Below the pieces are notes generated by a model, which was given only the letters and a program-made list of their open reading frames with translations, ran no database searches and was not told the DNA's origin. A DNA stretch of 64,000 nucleotides from Chrysomallon squamiferum (Eukaryota > Animalia > Mollusca). A program made the position numbers and the translations under genes. The DNA lies in assembly GCA_012295275.1 (NCBI GenBank), contig CM022679.1, positions 28,520,001-28,584,000 on the forward strand, in the 5' to 3' direction. Below are positions 42,308 through 55,276 of this stretch, in pieces; position 1 is the first letter of the stretch; the number at the start of each line of letters is the position of its first letter.

Positions 42308-43224
42308 CTGAAAATATTCAACACAGACCTTTACACCAAACACTTGTTTACAAAAACTGTCAGAAAATACTGCAGTGTTTTGGTTTAGAAACAGTGGTAA
42401 GGAAATTAGTTCATATTTTATAATCATCTATTTTGTGTCAAATCTTTGATAATTTAGAGTCTTTTAAAATCATTTTCACATACAACATGTTTTTCTGAGA
42501 ACTACCTAACATGTGATAATGATAAACTGATTTAATGATGTAAACATTTTATCACTGGACACTGTCCTGACTACAGTTCTGAAACAAACAGAGTAAAAAA
42601 TAAAACATTTCACTGAACACAAATCTTTCTCAAGTATTACACTTTAAATACAAATTTTCACCTTCATTTCACAGACCTAACAATATCAATAAAATCAACA
42701 TTGTTCATTATTAGATAAACTCAAAAATGAGAAGAGTAAATGTCACTGACATCTAAAAGGTCAGAGTGACGTCCAGTGAAAGATTTGTAATAACCTATAA
42801 CAGCCTAACACACACACAGCCTGAAACCAATACATGAAAAACAATCTAATAAACAGCTGCAGAAACATCTTCATCTTCGTTTTTAAGTATCAAGATACAA
42901 AATTTAAATTTCTTAGACATGAAAGAAAAAGTAAATATAATAAAAAGTATTAAAACAAAAAGAAAAATAATAAAACACAGCTATATAAAATAAAAATTAA
43001 AAAAATCATAAAAAATAACTTAAAATATTTAACAGACAGAACAGAAGGAAAGTAAAAACAAAAAAGAAACAAAAATTTCCATAAAGATAAAATCAAAGAC
43101 AGAGAATTTAAAAAATTAAAAATTAAAGAGAAGAAACAAAGAAGGAAATTATAAATAACAAGCTGACAGATCACTTAAGTTAAATATTTGAGAGAAAAAC
43201 AAAAACAACTGAGTAGCACATTAG

Positions 43225-43964
43225 AAAGTTGTTGTATTAAAGAGGTGTACCTCTGATGACTGCCTGCAACACCACAAAACTAAAGTAATAAGTAGTGAAA
43301 TAACAGCAGTCACAGTATAAAGTTGTTGGATTAAAGAGGTGTACCTCTGATGACAGCCTGCTACACATGAAACTAAAGTAATAAGTAGTGAAATAACAGG
43401 ATAAAGTTGTTGGATTAAAGAGGTGTACCTCTGATGACAGCCTGCTACACATGAAACTAAAGTAATAAGTAGTGAAATAACAGCAGTCACAGTATAAAGT
43501 TGTTAAAGAGGTCTACCTCTGATGACTGCCTGCTACACCATGAAACTAAAGTAATAAGTAGTGAAATAACAGGATAAAGTTGTTGTATTAAAGAGGTGTA
43601 CCTCTGATGACAGTCTGCTACACCATGAAACTAAAGTAATAAGTAGTGAAATAACAGCAGTCACAGTATAAAGTTGTTAAAGAGGTCTACCTCTGATGAC
43701 TGCCTGCTACACCATGAAACTAAAGTAATAAGTAGTGAAATAACAGGATAAAGTTGTTGTATTAAAGAGGTGTACCTCTGATGACTGCCTGCTACACCAT
43801 GAAACTAAAGTAATAAGTAGTGAAATAACAGGATAAAGTTGTTGTATTAAAGAGGTGTACCTCTGATGACAGTCTGCTACACCATGAAACTAAAGTAATA
43901 AGTAGTGAAATAACAGGATAAAGTTGTTGTATTAAAGAGGTGTACCTCTGATGACTGCCTGCTG
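43225..43964 (-). repeat. Tandem array with 84-94 nt units, each containing the 3' end of STX8 exon 5 and its splice donor; 9 donor copies
   Basis: On the minus strand GTCATCAGAG|gta(c/g)acctctttaa recurs nine times, with plus-strand TACCTCTG starting at 43248, 43342, 43426, 43514, 43599, 43688, 43773, 43858 and 43943. Confidence 0.93.
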
Positions 43965-44070
43965 CTGAGTCTGCAGGTCTACGTTTGCTACCCCACGAAA
44001 CTGCTCCGGCTCCTCCCTCATCCCCCAGGGGTCATTCGAACTGAACGTGTCAGCCCCCAGCAGAGAACTC
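43946..44070 (-). CDS. STX8: Syntaxin-8 exon 5
   Basis: ttgtag|G...AGAG|gtacac, 125 nt. Translates (R)SSLLGADTFSSNDPWGMREEPEQFRGVANVDLQTQQQAVIR. Confidence 0.92.
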
Positions 44071-44362
44071 CTACAAATACAGTAGTAGTAGTAATAATAA
44101 CAACAACAATAATGATAATAATAATAAAGATAATAATAATAATAATAAATTAATATTTAAATAATAATAATAATATTAACAATAATAGTAATAACAATAA
44201 TAACTGATAATAACAATAATTATAATAATAATGATAATAAAAAAATAATTAAATAATAACTATAACAACAATATATATATATATTAATTTTTAAATGCAA
44301 TATTAATTATATGTTACACATCAAATCAACATAGAAATACACATATAAATACATACATATGT

Positions 44363-44417
<55 letters not shown>

Positions 44418-44423
44418 ATATAC

Positions 44424-44458
<35 letters not shown>

Positions 44459-45165
44459 AAAAAAAACTGAAAGAAAAACAAAAATCCTAGAAATGCAGGT
44501 ATAAACAAAGATTCTGTTAATTTATTAACATTAGTATATTTATGTAATTCTTTTATGTTACACAAGTCATTTTCAAATACCTCAAATAATTCTACCCACA
44601 CACAGAATACAGAATGAATTGCACACATTCTTTCAAAACTATTCATTAACAGAAAAAAAAAAAAAAAAAAAAAAAAAAAAGATAAGAAAAATTCCAGCAA
44701 ATATACCTTTACAAAATAAGCATGCCTCAAATATCACCGGAGATACAAGATTGTTAAGCATAAGAATAAAAACTAATAGAATCTGTTACTGTTGCCTTTC
44801 AGATCAATTCTTTTCACTGTGACAATGAATGAAAAGTAGCAACATTCATAAAATTGTCGATAAATCCTTTTCAAGCACTGTGATCACATTCCATCATTTA
44901 GTGCAATTAAGCTGAGGGTCGTGTGTTTGCCCAAAGGATCTGGTGAGCACACAGTCTGTGTTAGTTTTACACTGCGACAGAGCTGCAGAAAGAAAGGTAT
45001 AGGTATTTGTATAGATGTCAGAGAGACAAGTGTGAAAGGTAAAGTGTGTGAGAAATGACGGGTAATTCTGTCAGCTGCTTTCATTAGGGAGTGGAGCTTG
45101 TCACAACAAAGCAGACCAGAGCTGAGTGTTTAGTTAAGTTACAAGGGTAGAGGTGGTGTCAGCAA

Positions 45166-45450
45166 AAAAGACCTAGCACATCCAAATTTAGACTGTTTTA
45201 CTTTCTAGTAAGATCTAAAGGTAGATGTTATTTCAGTAAAAAGACCTAACATATCCAAATTTAGACTGTTTTACTTTCTAGTAAGTTCTAAAGGTAGATG
45301 TTATTTCAGTAAAAAGACCTAACATATCCAAATTTAGACTGTTTTACTTTCTAGTAAGATCTAAGGGTAGACGTTATTTCAGTAAAAAGACCTAACTGTT
45401 TTATATCCAAATTTAGACTGTTTTAACAAAATTTCTTAGAAAAGATCTAA
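45166..45450. repeat. Tandem repeat, 73-nt unit, about 3.5 copies, in STX8 intron 4
   Basis: GACCTA(A/G)CA.ATCCAAATTTAGACTGTTTTACTTTCTAGTAAG... starts at 45170, 45243, 45316 and 45389. Confidence 0.9.
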
Positions 45451-48400
45451 AATTCTCTGGGTTTTGAGAATACGTTTCATTTCAGTATAAAAGGTCTAAC
45501 AAATCCAGAAGTACCCAATATTATATTTTAGTGAATTCAGCAGAGATCCATCTTTGCTGAAAATATTCACAGACTCCAAAGGAATGAAGCCACTTGTGTT
45601 GAGAGAGCTTTCTCAGATTTTAGGGGTGGGGTTTTGTGTCAACAAAACATCTAGTGTGGCCAGGTGAGGGTGTTGTAGAGGTAGTGAATGTCAACACAGT
45701 GACGTAGCTAAGAGAGTTTTCACAGCTCCAGTGTCAACACGCTACCCTATCCCAGTCAGTGGACACAAACAGACACTTTCTCTCGTGTTTAACTTGCTGC
45801 CTGGCCGCCATTTTCCTTTCTTTACCTCCTTTTCTTCTCTCACATTCATTTTGGTCAATTTAATTAGATCCCCTTTGTGTACAAAAGCTTTTTCACACCT
45901 CTAAATGATGCCATTGTGTCTGCTGCTACTTGAACACTTTTGGTAGGAGTGATACACCCAATTATCATAATCCTGACAAATATTTATTGAACAGCTCAAT
46001 ACCCGGTTCACTGCCTCACAACAAAAGTCTTCTCAACTGTTACAAATAAAACCCAAATTATTGCTTTTCTGTCAAAATACCGTAATCATTCTACAACTCA
46101 CTTTGCATTTCAGGTATGTTGCATTCATATATTTAATTATTGATAGGTAATAATTATTTATTTAACTGTAGGTATTAGTATCATTATACTCCCCTGAAGT
46201 TATGAAATAATAATTATATTTAATTACAAGTATGTATAGTAATAATATATTTAATATGTGTTATATATAAAATAACAACAACAACAAGTAGTAGTAGCAA
46301 TTGTAGTAGACATAATGATTGATGATGATAGTGTTTATATATTACTGTTTTGCATTCTGCAATTTTTCCCTAATCCAAGCACAAGATGAGCAATATAACC
46401 CTACAGAGAAATTAAGAGACAGACAAATAAAAGTTTTACAGTTTGAGAAATATCCATCAGATCACCCACGATGAATTTTCATATTACCTGAACAAACAAA
46501 GTTCATTTTGAAAATTATTTATTTTAAGAAAAAGATTTTAAAAAAAATAAATAAAAAGATTAAAAAAATACTTCAGTGTCAATCTATGCAAATATTGTCA
46601 TAAAATAATTGTCAACCAGGAAAGATTTAATAAAAATAAATAAATAAAAAGTAATAAGAAAGAAAGATAAAGAAGATATTTTGTTAGAAGACTATGAAGT
46701 ACTTGGGAGGGATGTGTTTACAAAAGAGATAACATGCATGTAAGAGAGAAATTAGAAAAGAAAAAGATTTGTTTGACAGTAGTCAGGACCACACAGAGAA
46801 CAAGGCAGGAAACAGACTGCTGTCATGTAGGAAAACATTTTTATTAATGAGAAAGATCTTCCTGTGACACAGCAGTACATACCACAATCCTGATCAGTGA
46901 GTCATGAGACAGAGAATGGAACAGGTAACAGCTGGACAGGAAATAAGCCAGTAGAACAGATAATACAATAATAGAACAGATAAACCAATAAAACAAGTAT
47001 TAAAGCAAGTAATATGAGAAGAGAACAGGTAATAAGTCAGTGCAATATGTAAAACATACACCTAGATGACAACAAAGTCTGAGATAGACACTCACTGCTG
47101 CACCATCATGTTTTACTTTTACAGAGAACAGCAAGGACAGTTTTAACAGTTTACTCAAAGAAGCAAAATACAGTAGAACTGATTTAATGGTAAGTACTGA
47201 CTACAGTCTGTTCTATCACAGACGAGTGCTCTACCTACTGTGCCATAAGCCATTCCAGAAAGTAAAAAAAAGTAAAAACAGGTGAAATATTTTCTCGTTT
47301 TTGGCATTTTAATTAAACACAATTTTTTAACATCAAAATGAATAAGTACACTTTATGTTATCTGCAGATAATACAGTTTATATTTTTATGAGAAACTAAA
47401 AGAAAGCAAGAAAAATGAAGAAGGAAAGTAAGGAAAAGAAAGAAAGGTAAGGAAATTATGTTTCAGGGACTCATCTAGAAAGCCATGGATCTGGAAGATA
47501 ACTTCCAAGCACACTGTGAAGTGTTAATTTGAAGAAAAATGAGCAGACGTGAACTGGGTGACCTGTGCAATTGTTTTCTGTGACAGGTGAATATTGCAGC
47601 AGACAGAACAATTACAAGTTGAAAGCTCACACAGACAGTTGTAGAAACTCTATCAATATGTGATATTCATCAGCTGTTCGACTAATAGGAAAAACAACAA
47701 TGCTCGGTGAGGGCAATCACAGTACAAGCACTAAACAGCCTTCCAGACACTTTCTACTTTTTTAAATCTCTCTTTCTCATCAGCACAGTTTTCTCAAGTC
47801 TCAGGTTAGAATTATCTCAAAACTTTTCTCACAGAAACAAGCTGAATCCAAACCCACAACACCATGACACCTAAATATGCAGAAAAAAACTTTACATGAC
47901 ATCTTCAAAATCTGATAAAGAACCAGTTCACAAATATGGACAGAGGATACATGTATGTGATACAGTTGTTGAATACAGGAATTTTCTTATTAATAATTCT
48001 TTTCTAGGTTGTTATTTGTGTTTGAAAAAATCCTTATTTGAATATTTATACAGCAACAAATACAACAAAAAATGTAATAACAATAATAAAATAAAATAAA
48101 ATAAAATAAATATATTTTTTTTAAATTAAAGAAAGAAAAAAATGAAAGAAAAATAAATTTAATGTATATGTTTTAAATAAAACTATCAAACAGTATTATG
48201 ACTACTGAAATGTTGTGATATGACAGTCACAGTGTTCTTGTGTTACAACTTTACTTTACTCATGACCTGCAGTGTCGCCAGGCTGTAAGAGACAATGATC
48301 TACTGTAGATACAACACGCCAATCATGTCACGCTCAATTATTTTTATTGTTCCAGTCCAACAAGTGTTATCTCACTGATAATCTACACAACTATCTCACA

Positions 48401-49458
48401 GTACACTCATCATTAGTAACAATCTGAGTTTTATATCTTATCTGTTAACAAATAAAAATAAATACTCCTTTACATGTTATGTTTTAATGATAAAATGTCA
48501 TAGAAAATTATATTTTTATTATTTATTATGTTAACAAATAAATATTAACGAATGTTGTTTTACATGATTTTATCTTAATGATTGAAATAACTCATCACAT
48601 TTGTAATCTGTATGTGATTTATATTACCTATTACATTAACAAATAAACAATAAATATTGCTTAAATTTTTTTTACATGTTTTAATGATAACAGTTAAATC
48701 TGTAGTAGGAAGTTTCACTTATATCATTTATTATGTTAACAATAAAAATAAATAAATGTTGTTTTATGTTTTCTCTATGTGTTTTAATGTTTATGATTGA
48801 AGGTGGCAAAGGAAATTGTATTTATATTATTTAATTTGTTAATAAATGTAAACAAATGTTGTTTTACATTTTCTTTACATTTGAATGTTAACAGCTAAAG
48901 ATGGTGTAGGAAATAGTATTTACAATGTGTATATGAATAAATAAACATTACTAAATATTATTTTATGTTTGAATGTTAAAGATGTTGTAGTAAAAGTGTG
49001 GAGGATTATGGAGAGTGATTACATGCAAGCAGACAGGAATTACTCAAGTGTTAAAATGTGTCAGTTTAATTTGAAATAAAGTGTCACATAAGGTTGTGCT
49101 ATCTAAATAGAAATATTTACATAAAAAATCAGTTTAATAAATTAATTATAATAAAGAAACAAAACATAAATAAATAAATAAATAGAAATAAATTCATATA
49201 TAATTAAATCAATTTATTATTTTTAAGCTATTATTATAATTATTTTTTTCTTAAATTTTTATTTTACATGAAATTAATAAACTAATGAAGCTGTAATTGC
49301 TGTAAATCAGGTTTATTTACTAATATGTAACTTGTGACATACTGAGACAGGAAACAAAAAGAATAACTTACGTTACACCAACACGAGTCCTATACAGATT
49401 AGTGCAAATAAATACACACATTAATTTTTTGACTCTTTCTTACTTCCACCCTTTGTAA

Positions 49459-49493
<35 letters not shown>

Positions 49494-49981
49494 TATTTGT
49501 TTTTACAATTTGTGTTTTATTCATTACTTTTTACATCTATCAATACATGAATATATTTCTTATATATGAGCATTTGTGTGTACATCATATTACTATAAAT
49601 ATCTGATTTTATAAATTAATTGTGTTTATAAAAATACACACACACACACACACATGCACACATACACATTATATAATGTATGTTTTGTAAAATGACAGGT
49701 TCCATTCTAGATTTCACAACAGTTTCTGTATTAAACAGGTTTTCTCAACAACAGATTTTTTAACAGAAGGAATAAAATAAATTTCATAAACAGCTTATTG
49801 AAAAATAATTTCCATGTTAAAATAAAATAAAGATTATATAAGAAAGGTTTACATGCAAAAAAGGTCAACATTTACAACATTAACAGTTAACAAAAAAGAC
49901 AAAAGACAGATCAGGCACTACATACACAAGTGGATACATATAGTGTACTTTGCTACAACAAGATTACGCTTTGTCACCCAC

Positions 49982-50083
49982 CTGGAGGCCACACCCTCGT
50001 TTCTGAACGCCTGTTCAAGTTGTTTCTCTTTAGTTGTTAAGTTGTCAATCATGATCTGTCTTCTCTCCACTTCACGTTGAGTA
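49982..50083 (-). CDS. STX8: Syntaxin-8 exon 4 (non-canonical acceptor; start at 50083 or 50080)
   Basis: Translates (I)TQREVERRQIMIDNLTTKEKQLEQAFRNEGVAS(R) and ends CCAG|gtgggt. Resembles human ITQLEGDRRQNLLDDL. No in-frame AG is available at the 5' edge. Confidence 0.88.
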
Positions 50084-50591
50084 CCAGACACGTCAAGAAA
50101 AATCTACTCTTTCTTTAAACTTACTTGTATTAACATCTACAGACCTCTATCAATAATAATAATAATAATAATAAATAACAACAATAAATAAATAAATAAG
50201 TAAATAAAATTCTGTTCAGAAACATTCCACAAATTCAAAAACAAAAAAAAAACAAAAAAAAATTCTCAATTCACTGATGACTCAGTCTTTATAATATATT
50301 ACAATCCTCTCTTCTTCAGGCTATGATTATTATTATTAATTTTTATTATTAATATTTATTATCATTATCATTATCATTATTGTAAATAGTTTTATTTTTT
50401 ACCCCTGAGTTTAAGTTAAGAACCAATACAGCAAAGGAAAAATAGTAACAAAAAAATATATATATACTTTATTTACCTTCATATGGACAGAGATACAGTA
50501 ATTTGTTATTTTTATGTCTATTAATATTAGTGTTAGAATAAATAAATAGATAAATAAATAAATAAATAAATAAATAAAAACAAAAGGATAC
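50084..50591 (-). other. U12-type (minor spliceosome) intron, STX8 intron 3
   Basis: 5' end GTATCCTTTT (U12 consensus RTATCCTTT). U12-like branch sequence TTTCTTGAC at minus 50100-50092, directly before the next exon, with no polypyrimidine tract after it. Confidence 0.85.
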
Positions 50592-50686
50592 ATGTGGTAG
50601 GATGATGTTGCTCTTAACAATGACTGTCTCAGTTTGTTAACTTCACCTGAAAACTGTTTCATGGATGTCCTCACTTGAGCCGATAA
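50592..50686 (-). CDS. STX8: Syntaxin-8 exon 3
   Basis: atttag|TTA...CACAT|gtatcctttt, 95 nt. Translates LSAQVRTSMKQFSGEVNKLRQSLLRATSSYH(I). The donor is a U12-type consensus. Confidence 0.92.
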
Positions 50687-50739
50687 CTAAATGATTAAAA
50701 ATAATGATAATGATCATTTAACGATGATGATACAAATAA

Positions 50740-50782
<43 letters not shown>

Positions 50783-51323
50783 ACAAACAAACAAACATTA
50801 GGGCTTTAGTAATAGTAAATAAAAATTGTAATTTAAAAAATATGTATTTTTGAATGAGAGAAACAAGACAGACAGACACAAACTTTATTAAGATTGTATC
50901 AGAGAACAAAGGTACAAAATATGCTCTAGTTTGAGATAAATAAATAACAATATTATCAGTCTGGAAATAATTATAGTTAAGTCAGAAAGATTTTTAAAAA
51001 GTAATACCAATTATTAGTTGCCTCAAGATATAAGAAGTAAAAATTAACTTCAAAGACTGAGTTCCCATATTGTACTACATTAAGGTCTGTAAACAACTTA
51101 ATTTTTAGTATATGGAATCAAAAAATTGATTTGAAAGACTGAGCTTCCAAGATTGAATGGGTTTTTTTTTTTTTTTTTTTTTTGGATTCTTGAGGGACAA
51201 TTTGTTTTGTTTTATGTTGCATTTTCTTTTCTTTTTTTTCCACCAACATGAAGTTCTTGGCTCACATATCTTTTCCACTCTGCCTGTATGTTTATATATT
51301 TTCTTTCTTTTTTTTTTTTCTTT

Positions 51324-51361
<38 letters not shown>

Positions 51362-51707
51362 CTTTTTTTTAATCACTATGTAAGTACAAACCAATAATAA
51401 TTACGCAGTTTAACTACTTAGCATCAAACACTGAACAAGAGCAGTAGGCTGTATAATTGTAAATATTCTGAGATATTAACATATATACATATTTTCAAAT
51501 TAACTTATACTACCATGCAAAAACATATTATTAATGCATTCTGTTTTGAAAAAAAAAAAAAACCCAGTTGTAAATAGTGAATAATTTAATGCAAATCTTT
51601 TGAATAATTTTCTAAATTACAAAAAAGAAAAAAAAGAAATAAGAAATCATCAGAGTAATTTTTAACTTTTCAAAGTTATTAATGAGTACCTCTTAAAAAT
51701 GCTGTTT

Positions 51708-51750
<43 letters not shown>

Positions 51751-51900
51751 TTGAGATAAGTAAATACAGATCATAGAACTGCTAACTTGAAAACCAATTT
51801 TTTTAAATTTGTCCTGTAATATGTCTGATGTAAATAACACAGCTTGAACATAATTATAATTTTTATGACACAATGTAGATAAATATAAATAAATTAATTT

Positions 51901-51939
<39 letters not shown>

Positions 51940-52290
51940 TTATTATTATTATTTTAACAGTAGTAGAAGCAGTAGCAGGAGTAGTAGTAATAATAACAGT
52001 ATGGTAGTAGTAACTGATGTAATAATAGTAGTAGTTGTAGTAATAACAGTAGTAATAATAATAGTAATAGTAATAGTAGTAATAATAGTAGTAGTCGTAA
52101 TAGTAGTAGTTGTAATAGTAGTAGTTGTTTTAGTTGTAACAGTAGTAGTCACAGTAGTTGTAATAATAGTAATTGTAGTAGTAGTAGTAATAAAAGTAGT
52201 CTATGTATTAGCAGCAGCAGTAGTAGTATTTACATGGTCAGATTGTCATATTACAGCTGTTATTATATTTAAATATTGACAGTGAATCAC

Positions 52291-52390
52291 CTTGGTGTAT
52301 GTAGAACTAGTTCTTTGGTTTTTGTTTCGTTCAATGATTTTCTCCATTATCTGCTGCCCCAGCTGGGCACATTCATCATAGTCTCTCAAC
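52291..52390 (-). CDS. STX8: Syntaxin-8 exon 2
   Basis: ttacag|G...AAG|gtgatt, 100 nt. Translates (W)LRDYDECAQLGQQIMEKIIERNKNQRTSSTYTK. Confidence 0.9.
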
Positions 52391-52997
52391 CTGTAAAAAT
52401 ATACAATAACAACAAAGTTGTGATCACATTTTTGCTTGATTTTTTATTTAAATGCTATGGGGATACAGAAAGGTTTAAGTGACAGAACAGGCATATTTCT
52501 GCTAAAGACACAAATACCAGTTTCTTCTTACTTTACCAAAATTTCTTTACTGTTTCATTCACATTTTGCAAGGCAGATGCTCACACTTCTTCCCCCATTC
52601 ACCACTGAGTCATTACACATGTGAAAGGTTTCTCATTATTCAATAATAGCCAATAAAAATATTTATATTTTAAAATGTGTATAATTAGAATTAAAATAAA
52701 TATTCGCATTTGCTAGGCTCAGACTTTACCGCTTTGTTACGTTTGTAATCATTAGTTTTTGATTAAATTAAACTGTAATTCATCGGGTTCGCCGGTATAC
52801 GTGGGGGAAATTAAGTTTCAAAATTAAAAGGTAACTATACTTTTATATGTATATATATCTGTCACTAGGTCGATTCCTTAAATAATATAATGTCTTCTAT
52901 ATTTTTAAAATTTATTTTAAAATTAGGTAATTATCGAAAAGGACGCTTCAACTATGATCCTGCAGAAGTTAAAAATATAAAGAATATAAACATTTAC

Positions 52998-53014
52998 CAG
53001 GAATCACCTGCCAT
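52998..53014 (-). CDS. STX8: Syntaxin-8 coding exon 1 (start codon)
   Basis: Minus strand caagATG GCA GGT GAT TCC TG|gtaaat = MAGDS(W), 17 nt. Comparable to the human STX8 N-terminus MAPDPW and joins exon 2 in frame. Confidence 0.85.
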
Positions 53015-53160
53015 CTTGTTGACGGAAGTGAAATGGGAAGTCGCGTGATCTTCTCTACGCATGTGCATTGACCTTTGACATGTTTAGGCTGAAACTGGCT
53101 GTTTCCAATCTGTTTGATGACACATTCAGGTCATATATAATTGGGCGGTGCAGGTGTATT
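53015..53160 (-). promoter_or_regulatory. STX8 proximal promoter / 5'UTR of housekeeping type
   Basis: ETS-type CGGAAGTG at 53023-53030, a YY1-like AAGATGGC overlapping the ATG, a GC-box-like GGGCGG near 53143, and locally retained CpGs. Confidence 0.5.
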
Positions 53161-55268
53161 AAATTCTGCCCGCGTGACACATGAACAAAACATAGCGAAT
53201 ACAATATAAACATCACATGTTACACTTTATCCTTGTCAAATATATACAAATGTATTACAGTAACCGATTGGACATATTTACACAGAAACCCTTCGCAGAG
53301 GATTTTAGAATTTTATTAAATATATAAATAATTAATATATATATATAATATAAAAATTTAATAATAATCATAATAATAAATTAATTAATTAATTAATTAA
53401 CAAAATAAACATATTTTTTTCTCTTATTTATTATTCTTGTTGATTCATTTAGGTTGTTTACAGTAACTGATATAGTCTTTGAAAATGTAAATCAGAAAAA
53501 CGGACTAGTAGATTGTTCGAGATCAACACTTGATGGTTAAGTATAGTCTGTGAGGTATACTTCACCCTGCCTGGGTGTTTAGACAAATTCATTTTATTTG
53601 TGGTTAATCAAATAGAAGAAGAAAATACTGTAATTTGGCGCCGCTTGCTGGGGAAAAAAAGCTACGAGGCACGAATGATGGAAGTAATTGGATTCGAGAA
53701 ACATTGGATGATTTAGATAAACATAATTATCGCCTTTGTATTACATAAATTTGTAGAAAATCACGTTAAAGGATTGCTAAAATTTTAAATGAACTGAATC
53801 AAAATATCTTCTTCTTCTTCTTCTCATTCTTATTATTATTTTATTATCATTACTTTTTCTCTATTAAAATTCCTCCTCTTATAGTGAAATACACTCTAAA
53901 TTTCTTTAACTACAATGAAATATATATTTTTTATTTCTCAATGTATAAAAAAGTTAAATAACAGTGAAATATATAAAAGTAATTATTTTAAAATACTGAT
54001 CATACGTTCTTTATTTAATTTCAGCGCAAATAGTTCGATCTGATATTCTATTTGTACTAGTCTAGTATGATTTGCAATTTCGTATAGTTGCATGTCCCTA
54101 ATTCGTTTTCGTGATTTTGTCGCCGGATATTTCTTGTTTTGCTTGACAGTCGATCCTTTAATTAGGGTTGAACAACTATTTATATAATTTTGTAATTTTA
54201 TTTTAACGAACTTAGTTTGACTGTTTGAATGTAATCTAATATTTATGATGGTATTCTGGTTAATATTATACATTTTTATATCTTTTTATTTTTAATATAG
54301 CTTATTTTAATTATAATTTATTTATAATCATTTTGATATGGGTTAAACATTTTATTATTTATAGCTTTAACCCATAGCCTTGTAAAATTAGATATTTATT
54401 ACAAATTACCTGTGTATTTTAAATATTTAGAATGGGTAAAAGTAAATGATTATTATGTTTTATCTCTTTAAAAAATATACATTTTATCAGTAAATAGTAA
54501 AACTGAATATTATTAACGGTATTTTCTTGAGTGTATTACTCAGTAACAAAGGTAGATGATTTATATCACATGCGAGTGATATTATCATATTACCGATTGC
54601 ATTTATATAAGTATTTATGTTCCTATTTTATAAACTGGAAGATTTTGTTTCTCAATTTGTTATTGGGTGTGTTTATCATCCATATGTAGTAAAGAATTAA
54701 AAGATGTCCCGAAATTTGAGATGTTGTCCTATGTAGATTACATGATTCAACACAAATAAATAGATTCATTTGTTTTTGTTGGTGGTTTTTTTTGGCTTTT
54801 TGGATTTTTTTTTTTGTTTGTTTGTTTGTTTGTTTGTTTGTTTGTTGTTGTTTTTGTTTTTTCTCCAACGTATGATACGTTGATTTTAAATTCAAAAATA
54901 AATAAATAAGTTAAGTATGAATTAACTGACAAAATACAGGGAAAGGTAAAGGCCTTTCAACAAACAGAACGCGTAATAAATTTGTATCTTAATAAACATT
55001 TACAGATCTAAATAATACTGTAATAGTTGTCATATTTGTTTATAAAATGCCACTGATAAAAAAAAAAGAAAAAAAAGAAAACAAACACTGCTGAAGAGCA
55101 GTTTCTGAAAGAAGCATTCCTTTCTTTGCATTTCTTCTGACTTCTGCTATAGATCAGCAGTCTGCAAGCTCCCATTTGCAGTGTACCGCTACGTGACCCG
55201 ACCTTTTTAGTTGACCCGCAGTGAAATTCTATTTATATCTGTCAGCGGCAGGTCCCAAAGTTAAAAAG

Positions 55269-55276
55269 TTCCCACG
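55269..55276 (-). promoter_or_regulatory. Consensus Su(H)/CSL (RBPJ) binding site upstream of the fringe ATG
   Basis: TTCCCACG on + is CGTGGGAA on -, about 57 nt before the ATG. Motif match only. Confidence 0.4.

Noticed and set aside
43221-43490. Repetitive minus-strand ORFs as an extra STX8 coding exon
   Set aside because: Derived from the donor-containing tandem array and out of frame with exon 5, whose read-through stops within five codons.
47130-47255. tRNA gene
   Set aside because: Only an A-box-like 5' segment is present, with no T-loop consensus or acceptor stem. At best a decayed SINE head.
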